A stretch of DNA of 64,000 bases from Longimicrobiales bacterium (GCA_965218295.1 CBDCKN010000005.1:32001-96000); one strand, 5' to 3'; positions 40,863-52,700 are shown, counted from the first letter of the stretch. Notes: a model not told the origin generated them from the letters alone. Program-made: numbers and translations.

Positions 40863-41069
40863 ATGGCCCAGGGGACCGTTAAGTAGTTCAACGACAGTAA
40901 GGGGTTCGGATTCATAACCCCGGACGAGGGTGATCGCGATTGTTTCGTACACTACTCCGTGATCCAGGGGGAAGGCTTCAAGAGCCTCTCCGAGGGTGAC
41001 CGCGTAGAATTCGAGATGGGAGAGGGTCCCAAGGGTCCCGCCGCCGAGAACGTGACGAGGATCACTTAG
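40863..41069 (+). pseudogene. csp: CspA-family cold-shock protein with in-frame TAG at codon 8
   Basis: Manual translation [70 protein letters not shown]1 and RNP2 intact. Confidence 0.92.
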
Positions 41070-41076
41070 CCACCCT

Positions 41077-41580
41077 CTAATCGAGGTCCCGGAAGAAGAC
41101 CCTCCGGTGCCAGCTCTCGTGGGCCGGTCGCTCCCAGCGGCCCGCTCGCTCTTCGGTCAGACGCTTGACCGTGTTGTCGAACACCACGATCTCGGGGCCG
41201 ACCGCGCCCTCTTCGACCAGTCGCCTGAACTCCGGCCGCGATGATCGCCGGACCTCATCTTCGTGCCGGAACCAGACGGGCGAGCTGTCGACGATGGGGA
41301 CGCCCAGAACCCTCTCCTGGTCCTTGAGAACGCCGACCATGGCGTCGATGGAGCACCCCGAAGGGGGCACGGACGCCTCGTCTACCGCCACGAGCAGGAA
41401 TCGGCCATGGCGCCAGTCCCGGCTACACCGGAGTGGCATGCCGTGCGCCGCCCAAGTGTCGAGAAACCGGTCCACGGCGCCCAGGAAGGACTCCTCTTCG
41501 GCCGCATCGAGCTCTCGGCCCACACCGAAGACCCAGAGGCGTGACTCGTCCGGGAGCGTCTCGAACGGAACCCTGGGCAT
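41077..41580 (-). CDS. Conserved hypothetical protein
   Basis: MPRVPFETLPDESRLWVF...WAAHG...SGCSID...VFDN; abuts the upstream transporter stop. Confidence 0.75.
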   Translation of the reverse strand: MPRVPFETLPDESRLWVFGVGRELDAAEEESFLGAVDRFLDTWAAHGMPLRCSRDWRHGRFLLVAVDEASVPPSGCSIDAMVGVLKDQERVLGVPIVDSSPVWFRHEDEVRRSSRPEFRRLVEEGAVGPEIVVFDNTVKRLTEERAGRWERPAHESWHRRVFFRDLD

Positions 41581-42695
41581 CAGGCTGCTCCCATTTCGCC
41601 CGGACTCGCCGGGCTGTCGGGACTCGGGGGAGCGAGCGGAGGGATGGCTGCGAAGGCCTGGGGTGGCGACTTGTCGAGGAGGATCGCTATCCAACGGAGA
41701 TCTTCCGTGTTCTCCAACATGATCTTCACCACCATGGTGAGAGGAACGGCCAGAAGCGCCCCAACGGGTCCCCACAACCAGGCCCAGAACAACAGCGAGA
41801 GGATCACCACAAGGGTGGAGAGACCCAACCGCCGGCCCATGAGGTTCGGTTCGATGATGTTCCCGAACACCGTGTTGATCACCCCGTAGGCGATGGACAC
41901 CGCAAGGAAGTGCCCCAGGGATCCGAACTGGAGGAGACTCAGCACGAGAGCAGGGATGGCGGCCAGGATCGATCCCACGGTGGGGATGTAGTTCATCACG
42001 AATCCGATGAGGCCCAGCAGGACGGGAAAATCCAGCCCAAGGAGCCGAGCCAGCAGGCCGATGAGTAGGCCCGTGGCGAGGCTCACGACCGTCTTGATCC
42101 CGAGGTACTCCTGAACTTCCCGGATCACCTTGGTCATGCGGCGCCCGTCACCGGCCTGCGGCCCCAGGATCGCCCTGAACTTGAACGGGAATACCGTCGC
42201 CTCGGCGAGGATGAACGCCATGACCAGCAGGACCAGGAAGGTGTTCCCCAGGAACCCGACTACCCGTGCCGCCGTCTGACCGAAGAGGCCGATGGCGGCG
42301 CCGGGGTCGATGAGGCTCAACGTGAGATACTGGTCCAAGGGGATGCCGAATCGAGCGCTCAGTCCATCCACCCACGACGCGTAAAGGATGCGCAGGCGCT
42401 CCTGATAGCCCGGAAGCTGCGTCTGGAACTCCGCCACGGACTGGGTGCCAAGCAGGATGATTCCCCCGAGGAGCGCGCCGATGACCAGCATCGTCAGCAG
42501 AACCGCCAGCGGCGCTGGGACGCGACGGAGTTGGAGCCAGAACATGATGGGCATGCTCATGACCGCAAGGAACAGCGCCAGGGCGAAGGGGAGCAGCATG
42601 GTGGCCCCCAGCCTCAGTCCGGCCACGACGACGACGAAGCACGCTCCCATCAAGAGGAAGCGTGCTCCCGGGGTGTCGGTTCGCTCGAAGATCAT
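41580..42695 (-). CDS. AI-2E family transporter
   Basis: Multiple TM helices, YLGIKT, NYIPTVG, GNIIEP.LMG, GALLAVPLT. Confidence 0.9.
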   Translation of the reverse strand: MIFERTDTPGARFLLMGACFVVVVAGLRLGATMLLPFALALFLAVMSMPIMFWLQLRRVPAPLAVLLTMLVIGALLGGIILLGTQSVAEFQTQLPGYQERLRILYASWVDGLSARFGIPLDQYLTLSLIDPGAAIGLFGQTAARVVGFLGNTFLVLLVMAFILAEATVFPFKFRAILGPQAGDGRRMTKVIREVQEYLGIKTVVSLATGLLIGLLARLLGLDFPVLLGLIGFVMNYIPTVGSILAAIPALVLSLLQFGSLGHFLAVSIAYGVINTVFGNIIEPNLMGRRLGLSTLVVILSLLFWAWLWGPVGALLAVPLTMVVKIMLENTEDLRWIAILLDKSPPQAFAAIPPLAPPSPDSPASPGEMGAA

Positions 42696-42741
42696 CTAAG
42701 GTTTCGCGTCAGAAAGCGTGGGCGATCGTGCCAGTCCGTCC

Positions 42742-42781
42742 TCCGGCCACCGCTATACTGATCCGGCCACCGCTATACTGA
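42742..42781. repeat. Perfect 2 x 20 bp tandem duplication containing TATACT, in a divergent intergenic region
   Basis: TCCGGCCACCGCTATACTGA twice. Confidence 0.93.
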
Positions 42782-42822
42782 TAAAGATCGCAATAGGGCG
42801 CGCGCCGTCCAAGGACTTGCTG

Positions 42823-43194
42823 ATGGCTGAACACCGTTCGGATGCCCTGGTTCCGATTCCCGAGTCGGACGACGAGCTCCTCGACCAGTGCCGGGTCGAC
42901 ACGTTCAGGTCCGGGGGCAAGGGCGGGCAGCACCAGAACGTGACGGACAGCGGCGTGCGCCTCACCCACATACCGAGCGGCACGGTCGCGACCAGCCGGA
43001 GCCTCCGAAGCCAGCATGGGAACAAGAAGGCCGCACTGCGAGCACTTCGCAGAAAGTTGGCGGCCTCGCAAAGACGTCCGAAGCGTCGTATACCCACACG
43101 AGTCCCTCGAAGCGCCCACGAGCGCCGCCTCCAGGCCAAGCGACAGCGCTCTGCCCGAAAGTCGCTTCGAAGGAAGCCGCTGGACGAGACCTAG
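42823..43194 (+). CDS. Short class I release factor-like peptidyl-tRNA hydrolase (ArfB-like)
   Basis: SGGKGGQHQNVTDSGVRLTH with GGQ, RSQ..NK, and a basic tail RRIPTRVP...RRLQAKRQRS. Confidence 0.85.
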   Translation: MAEHRSDALVPIPESDDELLDQCRVDTFRSGGKGGQHQNVTDSGVRLTHIPSGTVATSRSLRSQHGNKKAALRALRRKLAASQRRPKRRIPTRVPRSAHERRLQAKRQRSARKSLRRKPLDET

Positions 43195-43276
43195 GGCACC
43201 GGCATATCATGGACAGTGAGCTCGGCTCCCGTCGGCGATTCCGCTCACCCGACTGCATCCGCAAATAGAGGGGCTC

Positions 43277-44659
43277 TTGAACCGAGAGACCATCCGCGCG
43301 CTCCTGGTCGACGACGACCAAGGCGACTTTGCCGTGACGCGCGCCATGCTGGAGCAGATTCAACAGCCCAAGATCGAGTTGGACTGGGTGGCGACGTTCG
43401 AGGAAGGCCGCGACGCTCTGATCCAGGACGATTACGACGTCTACATCGTGGACTACTTCCTGGAGGACCGCACGGGCCTGGACCTCTTGAGGGAAGCCGG
43501 GCGACGCCAGCTCCAGGCTCCTGTCATCATGCTTACGGGACGCGGCAGCCACGCCGTGGACATGGAGGCCATGCACTCCGGAGCGGCGGACTACCTAGTG
43601 AAGGGAGAGATCGGCCCGGCGGAACTGGAGCGGTCCATCCGGTACGCTCTCGATCGTCTAGAGACGCTGAAGGCCCTCCGGGAGAGCGAAGAGCGCCATC
43701 GCGGCATGTTCGATCACCTACCCATCGGAGTGTTTCGGTGCACGCCCGAAGGCCGCTTCCTCGATGCGAACCCGGCGCTGGTGCGGATTCTCGGCTATCC
43801 GGATCCGGCTACTCTGGAGAAAACCTACTCCGCCACTTTCTACGTGAATCCGGCCGACCAGGAGCACTTCAAGTCCAGGCTAGACCAGTTCGGCATGGTC
43901 CGAGGCTTCGAGACGCAGCTCCGTTGCGTTGACGGTCGCCAGATCCGGCTGCGCAATACGGCCCGGATCCAGCGTGGACCGGACGGAGAGGTAGTTTACG
44001 TCGAGGGAACGGTCGAGGACGTTTCCAACGCGTGGCGGGCTGGAGGGTTCTACGAGGACGCGGCCCGCTTCCAGACCATCTTCGAGCACGGCGGAATCGG
44101 CATGCTCCTGGTGGATCTCTCCGGTGTGATCCTGGACGTGAACGGGGCCTTCTGCCGGGTGTCCGGATACGAGAAGGACGAGCTTCTCGAGACGGAGTAT
44201 GCCGCGCTCTGGGAGGCCGACGACCAGTCCAAGGCCCGCGCCTCCGTGGAGGCACTGGCTGCCGGCGCAGCCGCGCCGCGCGATGAGGCCCAAACCCTGA
44301 GGGACAAAGAGGGAGGTTCCAGGCAGGGTCGTGTGTTCGCCTCACTCATCCGGGACTGGAACGACGAGCCGGACCACTCGGGCAGCGTTGGACCCGACGG
44401 CCGCTCGCATGCAGAAGGTAGCCAGCTCGTCGGGGTCGGATACGGCGTCCGGCGCACCGCCGCTCATCGCCCAATCGCGGACCTGAGCAGCGTCATCCTC
44501 GGCCTCCAGCCCCTCCGCCGCTGCATTCAGGAAATCCCGATGGGTCACCGTTCGTGCCATCTCCAGGATCTGGTCTCTGGCCAGATCCGCGGGCCCCCCG
44601 GCCTTGGCGGCCTTCAAGTACTCCTGAAGATGAACCAGGGCCATGGCGGTGTGGCGTGA
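43277..44659 (+). CDS. Receiver (REC)-PAS-PAS protein; 3' end probably lost after ~44377
   Basis: LLVDDD, VDY, MLTG, DYLVK receiver motifs; two PAS domains; last ~94 codons are antisense to the next gene. Confidence 0.8.
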   Translation: MNRETIRALLVDDDQGDFAVTRAMLEQIQQPKIELDWVATFEEGRDALIQDDYDVYIVDYFLEDRTGLDLLREAGRRQLQAPVIMLTGRGSHAVDMEAMHSGAADYLVKGEIGPAELERSIRYALDRLETLKALRESEERHRGMFDHLPIGVFRCTPEGRFLDANPALVRILGYPDPATLEKTYSATFYVNPADQEHFKSRLDQFGMVRGFETQLRCVDGRQIRLRNTARIQRGPDGEVVYVEGTVEDVSNAWRAGGFYEDAARFQTIFEHGGIGMLLVDLSGVILDVNGAFCRVSGYEKDELLETEYAALWEADDQSKARASVEALAAGAAAPRDEAQTLRDKEGGSRQGRVFASLIRDWNDEPDHSGSVGPDGRSHAEGSQLVGVGYGVRRTAAHRPIADLSSVILGLQPLRRCIQEIPMGHRSCHLQDLVSGQIRGPPGLGGLQVLLKMNQGHGGVA

Positions 44660-44983
44660 CGCCAGGTCGAGCCAGGTCAGCGTGCAAAGCGTACGCACCG
44701 CCTCGGGGTAGATCCGGATGATCTTCTTGGCCATCCCGCGGGCTGGCTCGCGGTGTCCGTCTTCAAGCATGGCATCGATGGCCTGCCCGTAGTACTGCAA
44801 TGCCCGAGACCGGTCTCCGCCCTTGAGGCACAAGTCTCCGGCCCGGTTGAGCGAGGTTCCCTTGAAGCCCAGGGGAGCGCGTGCCGCCTCCGCTTCGAGA
44901 TCGGCCAACAGCTTTTCCCGCTCGTCGGAGCGCGCACGGGAAGTGGCCGATTCGTTACGAAACCACTGTGAAAAGAGTCTCAT
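44342..44983 (-). CDS. Hypothetical helical (TPR-like) protein; 3' end overlaps the REC-PAS gene
   Basis: LNRAGDL...ALQYYGQAID helical pattern. Confidence 0.65.
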   Translation of the reverse strand: MRLFSQWFRNESATSRARSDEREKLLADLEAEAARAPLGFKGTSLNRAGDLCLKGGDRSRALQYYGQAIDAMLEDGHREPARGMAKKIIRIYPEAVRTLCTLTWLDLASRHTAMALVHLQEYLKAAKAGGPADLARDQILEMARTVTHRDFLNAAAEGLEAEDDAAQVRDWAMSGGAPDAVSDPDELATFCMRAAVGSNAARVVRLVVPVPDE

Positions 44984-45063
44984 CTGGACCGCGTCTGGGG
45001 TCTCTGCCTTCGCCCTACTCTAATTCCTTAGCTGCTCCGTGTCTCACGTAAGTTGGCAGAGAG

Positions 45064-46185
45064 GGCATCAGCAGGGCCGCCGGATACAAGTGGTGGACAC
45101 GGTTCCTCGCGGAGGGATTCGAGGGACCTCCACGACCGCTCTCACCGGCCCCACCACTGCCCGCATGCCGTAGCGGAAGGTGTCGTGGAACACGTCGTGG
45201 ATCTGCGTCAGCGCTACGGGTGGGGATCACGCAAGATCCGTAAACTCACAGCTGAGAAGTTCGGCGAGGCACCAGCTCGCAGGACGATCGACCGTATCTT
45301 CGAGCGTCACGACCTGATCACGAAGAAGCGCCGACGCTCCGGTAAGCCGGGCCATCCCGGTAAGCCACTCACCCCCATGGACGAGCCCAATGCGGTCTGG
45401 ACGGTCGACTTCAAAGGCCAGTTCAAGATGCTCAACGGCCGCTACTGCTATCCCCTTACCATCCAGGACGGTTTCAGCCGATTCCTGCTCGAGTGCAGAG
45501 GGCTGTACTCCACGTCGATCGAGCTCGCCAAGCCCGTATTCATCAAGGTCTTCCGTGAGTTCGGCGTTCCCGCCGTCATCCGCTCCGACAACGGCACGCC
45601 CTTCGCTTCCATCGGCCTCGCTCGGCTCACACGCCTCAGCGCTTGGTGGATCCGGCTCGGCATCCGTCCTGAGACCATCGAGCCTGGTAAGCCGCAGCAG
45701 AATGGCCGTCACGAACGCATGCACCGAACCCTCAAGCGCGAAGCCACTCGGCCGCCGAAGGCCAACCTCCGTGCCCAGCAGCGTCACTTCAACCACTTCC
45801 GCCGCACCTTCAATTCCATCCGGCCGCATGAGGCGCTCGACGATGCGACGCCCGATTCAGTCTACCGATCGGCTCTTAGAGCCTACCCCGATGTCCTTCC
45901 GCCTATCGAATACCCCGAGCACTTCGAGGTCCGTAAGGTCTCTACGAACGGAGGCATCCGCTGGCACTCGCGTTGGATCAACATCAGCTCGGCGCTCGGC
46001 AACGAGTTCATCGGGCTCGAACCCATCGGTCCCGCTCTGTGGCAAATCTACTTCGGACCCATTACCCTCGGGTGGTTTGACGAAGAACTCTTCGTCATTT
46101 TCGACACCCACGGCAACACAGGACGTAACCCAATCTGTTAACCATCAGCTGGCACCATTGTGTCAACCATCAGGTGCGCTGTTCA
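45064..46185 (+). mobile_element. IS481-family element remnant: 5'-truncated, frameshifted transposase plus right end
   Basis: GISRAAGYKWWTRF..EG in one frame, extra base at ~45127, then DRSHRP, WTVDFKG, IRSDNG.PF, PQQNGRHER, RPHEAL; subterminal repeats TGTTAACCATCAG / TGTCAACCATCAG after the stop. Confidence 0.85.
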
Positions 46186-48685
46186 GATCGACGCGCCCGT
46201 GGCAGCCGGCATCTCCGCAGCCGCGATCGCTGGCGGCACGATCGATCAGGTCAACATTTCCAATCCGGGTGGAGTGGGTGTAAGCCTCAACAGCACCTCC
46301 GGCACGTTCACGTTCAGCAGTGTGGACGTCCAGAACTCGGGGGCACAGGGTGTGGACCTCTTCAACGCGGGCGGCAGCATCACGTTCGACGATCTGTCGA
46401 TCAGCGGAGCGGGTGATGACGCGTTCGAGGTGAACGGGGGGTCGCCCACTCTGGTGGTCAACGTTGGCACGGCTGGCATCTCGAACGTTACCGCCTTCAG
46501 GCGGGCCTTGCTCATTCAGAGCACCACCGGCGGCACGGTGACGTTCAACGGAGGCTCGATCACCGACACGGGAGGATCGGGCATCGACATCTTCAGCCCG
46601 GCCGGCGCCATCACCGTGAATACGCCGGTCACCATCGACAACCCGTCGGGCTCGGGGGTGGACATCATCGGCGGTACAGCGCCAGTGACCTTCGCGGACT
46701 TGGACGTGACGATTCCTCCGCCTGCGTTAGCTATGGCTGCGGCAGGGGCGCCGGTGTTCCAGCCGGTGCAGGATCCTGTACTCGCCCGTCTCGGCGGCCC
46801 GATTGGCGGAGTTGCGATCGATAACCCCACGGGAACGATTACGTTCGGCACGCTGCACATCTCCACGGGAAACGAGCCAGCCCTCGCGATCTCGGGTGCC
46901 GGCACGGTGCGGGTCACGGACCCGAGCAGCACGTTGGCCTCCTCGTTGAGCTCGGCGATCGACGTCTTTTCGGTGGACCTGGACATGACGTTCGCGTCGG
47001 TCTCTTCCTCCAGCTCCTCGTCCGTAGGGATCCGCCTGAATGGCACGACCGGCGATCTGACCATGAGTGGAGGGAGTATTACCAGCACGAATGGGTCGTC
47101 CATCCGCATCACGGGTGGTAGCACCAATATGTCCTACGCCGGGTCGATTACGTCGACCCGCTCGAGCGATGTCGTGGTCGTTCAGAACACCACCGGCGGA
47201 ACGATGACCTTCAGCGGCCCGATCACCGAGTCGTGCGTCACGTGCCCGGTGTCCGTCAATGCCGGGATCAACCTGCTCAACAACACCGGCGCTACGATCA
47301 ACTTCAGCGGAGGGCTTACCCTAGGTACCGGCCCGAACACCGGTTTCTCCGCCACCGGCGGCGGCACCGTCAACGTCACGGGCACCAACACCGTGAGCAC
47401 CACGATCGGCATCGGAATCAACATCCAGAACACGGACATCGGCGGGAGCGGCTTCACGTTCCAGTCGGTGTCGGTGAGCGGCGCCACCAATGGCATCGTG
47501 CTGAACAACACCGGCTCCGGGGCATTCACGGTTACGGGCACCGGTGCGGCGGGCTCGGGTGGATCGATCCTGAACACGACCGGCAGGGGCATCGACATCA
47601 GCGGGGGCGGCGGCACGTTCACGTTCACCGGCCTGGACATCGACAACTCCACGGGAAGTGGCATCTTCCTGAGCGGCACGAGTGGGACGTTCACGCTGCA
47701 GGGCAGCGACGTCAAGAACAGCGGATCCTTCTCCGAGCCGGGCGTGAAGCTGCTCGACCATGTCGGCACTGCGACCATCTCCAACTCGACGGTGTCCGGG
47801 TCGAATCAGAACAATGTCGGTGTTCAGAACGACGTGGGGCCGCTGGTACTGACGGTTACTGGCAGCACGTTGAGCAGCTCCTTGGCGAAGGGCGGGGTCG
47901 GACTAGACATCCAGACCGGCACTAACGCCTTGGTGACCGCCATGGTCACGGCGAACGCGTTCACCAACAACGACGGAACCGGTCTCTTAGGATTCAGTAC
48001 CGCCTCGTCCACGCTCGATCTGACGGTACAGGGCGGCAACTCGTTCACCAACAACGGCGATGGGGTTTCCCTCGGGAACAATGGCGGCGGAACCCTGACG
48101 TTCGACGTGATGGGGAACACGTTCATCGGGAACCCCTTTGCAGCAGTCGATGTTTTCGGAAGCGGCCCGGGGCTGGTGAGTGGCTCGATCACCGGGAACA
48201 CCATGTCCAGCCCGCTCTTCTCGAGGGGGGTCAACTTGTTCTTCAATGGTGGGGCGGACGGAATCGTACGGGTCTCCGGGAACAACTTCAGTGGTGGGGC
48301 CCACGGGGTGGTGGCGTTTGTAGGCTCCAGTCCGTCCGATAATTCCAAGTTGGACTTGACGGTCGAGACCGAGATCATCTCGCTCAACCTTAGCTCCCTC
48401 ACGCCCGGGATTGACGTGACCGCCAACGAAGCGACGACGTTGTGCACGAATATCCGCTCGAACACCATCACCGTGGGTGACGCCAACGCCATCGAGCTGC
48501 GCCAGGAAGAACTCAGCACCGTATCCATCGAGGGGCTCAACGGCGGAACGGGGAGCGTGTCGGTCGGCGCCGACGTGGCGACCTTCCTCCAGTCGGTTAA
48601 TCCCCTGAGCCCGGATGGTGCCTTCGTCGGCATCACGACGTTCATCCTGGGCGTACCTTATCCCGGCACTTGCCGGATCCCGTAG
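46186..48685 (+). pseudogene. 3' part of a large Gly/Ser/Thr/Asn-rich beta-helix-type extracellular protein, start replaced by the IS end
   Basis: ~830 codons of repeated GxGI-x-GTxTF units; no signal peptide; predicted start lies inside the IS terminus. Confidence 0.7.
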
Positions 48686-48906
48686 AAAGGACACCATCGG
48701 GCATGGCGTTCGTTCCGGCCATGCTCCTGGCCCAGAGGGCGTTGAGCGCGGCGGGCAGCAGCAGCACTGGTTCTCCTGGCCGCCCACACCGGGGGCTTTT
48801 GTCTCGGATTCACGGTGCGGGAGTCGCCCCCGAGTTACTTTTTCGGAGAGGCGTACGTATCTCTGCGTCGTGAGTATACGTACGGACGTGCACGTCGAAG
48901 AAGAAG

Positions 48907-48980
<74 letters not shown>

Positions 48981-49062
48981 TGGAGCCGGCCCTTTCCTGG
49001 CCGGAACCTGGTGGAAGCTAACAGACCGTGATAGGTCGTCAACGAGACTGGCGACGGGTAAG

Positions 49063-49740
49063 TTACCGGCCCGTACTGAGTCGCCGGAAGACGGCCGAGC
49101 AGCTGCCGGGGGCGTCTGATCCGCCCATAGCGACGCCCAGCGTCCGGCCGAGGAGGGTGGAGCTGCCCGGATCCGGGGGAGCCCCGAAGTATCCGTCCAG
49201 CGCCAGGTCGAAGAGAGCCTCCTCCGAGGGCCACCTGACGAGCGACCGTCTCACCTCTTCCACCCATCGGGCGTAGTCCGCGTCGGGCCCGAACACGATT
49301 CGGTTCAGGTTGATGCAGGGCGCGATGGTGTTGGTCAGGGTGAAGAACTCCCATCGGAGACCCCGTAGCGCCACGGGGCTCGCCGCGATCGCCGGAAGCT
49401 CAGCCAGCGTGCTCTCCAGGGTCTCGGATCGCTCTTGCGTCAGCATCCGGGCGGCCCGCAGGGCGGCGTCACGAGCCTGGCGCAACGCCGCCAGGTCCGT
49501 GGACCGCGCTGTCGTCTCGTAGAAGGTCTCGAGGGCTGTTGCTCCCAGATTCACCAGCGCGAAGCCCATCAGGTTATCGATGAGCGTGGGTCCGTCGTCG
49601 GCGATGAGAAAGCCTACTGAGAGTACTTCCCGAATTGTCGCGTCGGCGCGAGACTCGTCCCCGAGGGCGAGCTCGTGAATGGCCTTTCCCAAATGGGCGT
49701 GGGCTCCCTGGGTGAGATGGTTGAATCGCGGTACCGGGAG
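49063..49740 (-). pseudogene. 3' fragment of a hypothetical protein, fused out of frame to the SusC-like gene
   Basis: Protein-like frame LPVPRFNHL...FRRLSTGR with no start of its own. Confidence 0.55.
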
Positions 49741-52700
49741 GGATCGAGGTGCCTGGCGTTGGTCCACAGGGCCAGATTGCGCCCCACCGCGGAGACGTCG
49801 ATGCCGCCGTCGAGACCCCATCGGTTGGTCCAGGAGGTCGGCAACGAGTAGGAAAGGGTGAGCTCCCTGAGCTTGATATAGCCGCCGTCTTCCAGGTTCT
49901 GGTCAGTCGTGAAGATATTGAAGAACCAGCGACTCTCGGAATCGATCACCGTCGTGTTTGGCACGTAGGTGGTGTCGGTACCCGTCACGATTTCGTTGAC
50001 GCCGTCGATGACGATTCCGGTGTTGGCATCGCATGTCGGATACCCGGGCAGGTCGGGACCTCCCGGCGTGCAGCGACCGCCGAGCGTCTCAGTGAGGACG
50101 CCCGAAAGCCGGCCGAACATGTTGGTGACAGAGTAGATGTCGCCACCCTGCCTCATGTCGAGGAGAACGCTCAGACGCGCGCCCTTGTAGCTGAACGAGT
50201 TCGACCAGCCAGCGCGCCAGTCGGGGTTCACGTTTCCGATTGGCTCTGGTGCAGCGGTCCACCGCGGATAACCGCCGGACGCACTCACGATGACGTTGCC
50301 GTTCGGGTCAAATCGAGTTTTCCGGCCCACCAGCTGTCCGAGCGGCTCTCCCACGCGGGCGAAGAGGGAGGCGAACCAGAAGCCACCGGCGAGGCTCATC
50401 TCGAGACCCTCGACGCCCTCGGTGAGGGCCACCACCTCGCTGTTGTTCTTCGCCCAGGTGACTGCCGTCTCCCAGCGGAAGTTGGCGCCCAAATACGGTG
50501 TACCCCGGAGCAGCACTTCCCAGCCCTTGTTCTGCACGGTCCCCGCGTTGATGATCCTGCTCACGTAGCCCGTGGCAGTTGAGAGCTGGACCGGCATGAG
50601 CTGGTCCCGCGTCTCCGCATTGTAGTAGGTGACGTCCACTCCGAGCCGGTTGTCCAGGAATCCCAGCTCGGTCCCGAACTCCCACGACTCGGTGGTCTCC
50701 GGCCTCAGGTCCGGATTCTTTAGGGCACCCGGAATGCTGAAGCTGGCGAGCCCGTTCCACAGGTCACCGGCTGCGAATGTGTTGCGTAGCTGATAGGGAC
50801 CGGTATCGTTCCCGACCTCCGCCCAGCTCGCGCGAAGCTTCCCGTAGGAGAGCAGCCCGCCCTGCAGCCCCTCGATCACATCCGAAAAGACGAAGCTCGA
50901 GCTGACCGACGGATAGAAGTACGAACGATTTGCCTCGGGGAGCGTGGAGGACCAGTCGTTCCGACCGGTCGCCGTGAGGAAGAGGAAGTTATTGTACCCG
51001 AAGTCGACCTGGCCATAGAGGCTGTTGACCCGCTTTCGGGCCACGGTGGTCGTACGGTCGGGGGGGTTTGCGGCGTTAGAGACGTCGAAGGTGCCCGGCG
51101 CAGTGAGGACCCCCACCCAGGTGTAGTCGTTCTGGCGCTCGATGTCCCGACGGTTTCCGCCGAACACGAAGTTCGTGGTGAACGGGAGATGCAGATCCGG
51201 ACTGGCCGTCAGGAGAAAGTCGCTGTTGGTCTCCTGGTGGCTGATGGCCCATTGGCTGAACGCACCACCGGAATCGATGTTCTCGCGGCCCCCGGTGATC
51301 GGGTTGGTGCTATAGTCGCCGGCGATGGCGAGACCCGGGTTGGCCGCGAACGTCTTACGCCGATCGTCCTGGTACCAGTCGGTGCCCGATCGCACCGTCG
51401 CGCTCAACCAGTCGGTGAGCTGGACCGAAGCCGAGATCTGGCCGATCAAGCGGTCGCGGCTGTCCGAGTTGACGTTCGAGAGTGCCCTGAAGTACGGGTT
51501 CAGCCAGTAAAGCGTGGTCCAATTGTAGGGGAACCCACCTACGGTCGGCTCATCCAGTGGCCGGGTCTGCTCGTAAAGATTCTCGAGCCGACCCATGTCG
51601 ACCTGTCGCCCGAACCACACGAATTGGTGCATGATGTTGTCGCCGCCGTAACCGACGCCCGGACGTTGAAAACCCTCGGAGGAGATGTATTGGACCGAGG
51701 TGTTGATACTGACGCGCTCGAATGCGTCGATGCCCCCACCGAACGAGAACGTGGTGCGATCCTGGCTATGACCGGGCTGCATCCCGTTCAGGTCCATCCG
51801 GCTGAACGCCACGCGACCGTGGAGGCTCTTGTTCGCGCCGGACACGGAGACGTTTGTCGTGGCCGTGACACCCGTATCGAAGAAGTCCCGCACGTTGTTC
51901 GGATTCGAGACCCACGGCGCTGGCGCCCGAGTGTCCGTGACCGGGTCGTACGCGCTGAACCACTGGGGAATCTCGAGTCCCGTGTCGAGCGGCGGGCCCC
52001 AACTCTCGTCGGCTTCGTCGAACGTCCCATTGCCGAAGCCGTCGTAATACGAGTACTCGCCCAAGTATCCGGAGCCGAACTGGTTCTGATAATCCGGTAG
52101 GCGGAGTACGTCCTCGAAGGTCACCAGCTGGCTGACCACGATCTGTGCGCCACCAAGCACGTTCCGGCCCTTTTTCGTCTCGATGAGGATCGCTCCATTC
52201 GAGGCCCGCGATCCATAAAGCGCCGCCGCGTTGGGACCCTTCAGGACTGTGATCGACTCGATGTTGTCAGGGTTGATGTCTTGGATCGCGTTGCCGTAGT
52301 CGATTCCGCCCTGGTCGGTCAGAATGCCCACTCTATCGCCGATGGCATTGCTGACCGGAATCCCGTCGATGATGAACAGAGGCTGGTTGGCTCCGGTGAT
52401 CGAGCTCTCGCCCCGGATCACGATGCGGGAAGAACCGCCCTGGGGACCCGAGTTCTGGATGTGCACCCCGGCTATCTTGCCGGACAGCGCGTTGACCAGG
52501 TTCGGTTCCACCTGTGTGATCTCGCTGCCGTCGAGCTGCCGAGCCGAGATACCGAGCGTGCGGGCCTGACGCTCCAGCCCCAGCGCCGTCACGACGATGC
52601 CTTCGATCCTCAGAGGATCCTCCCCGAGGACGAAGTCGAGCACCTGGGTGCCGGGCTGGAGTGTGATCGTCTGAGTCTGGGTCGTGCGCCCGATGATGCT

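Noticed and set aside
40884..40886. Genome-wide TAG recoding (pyrrolysine or reassignment)
   Set aside because: TAG is the normal stop of many conserved genes here (nadE, fabF, ndk, nuoF, dcd, and csp itself).
45121..45130. Programmed frameshift in the transposase
   Set aside because: No slippery run is present, IS481 transposases are normally single ORFs, and the 5' end is also missing.
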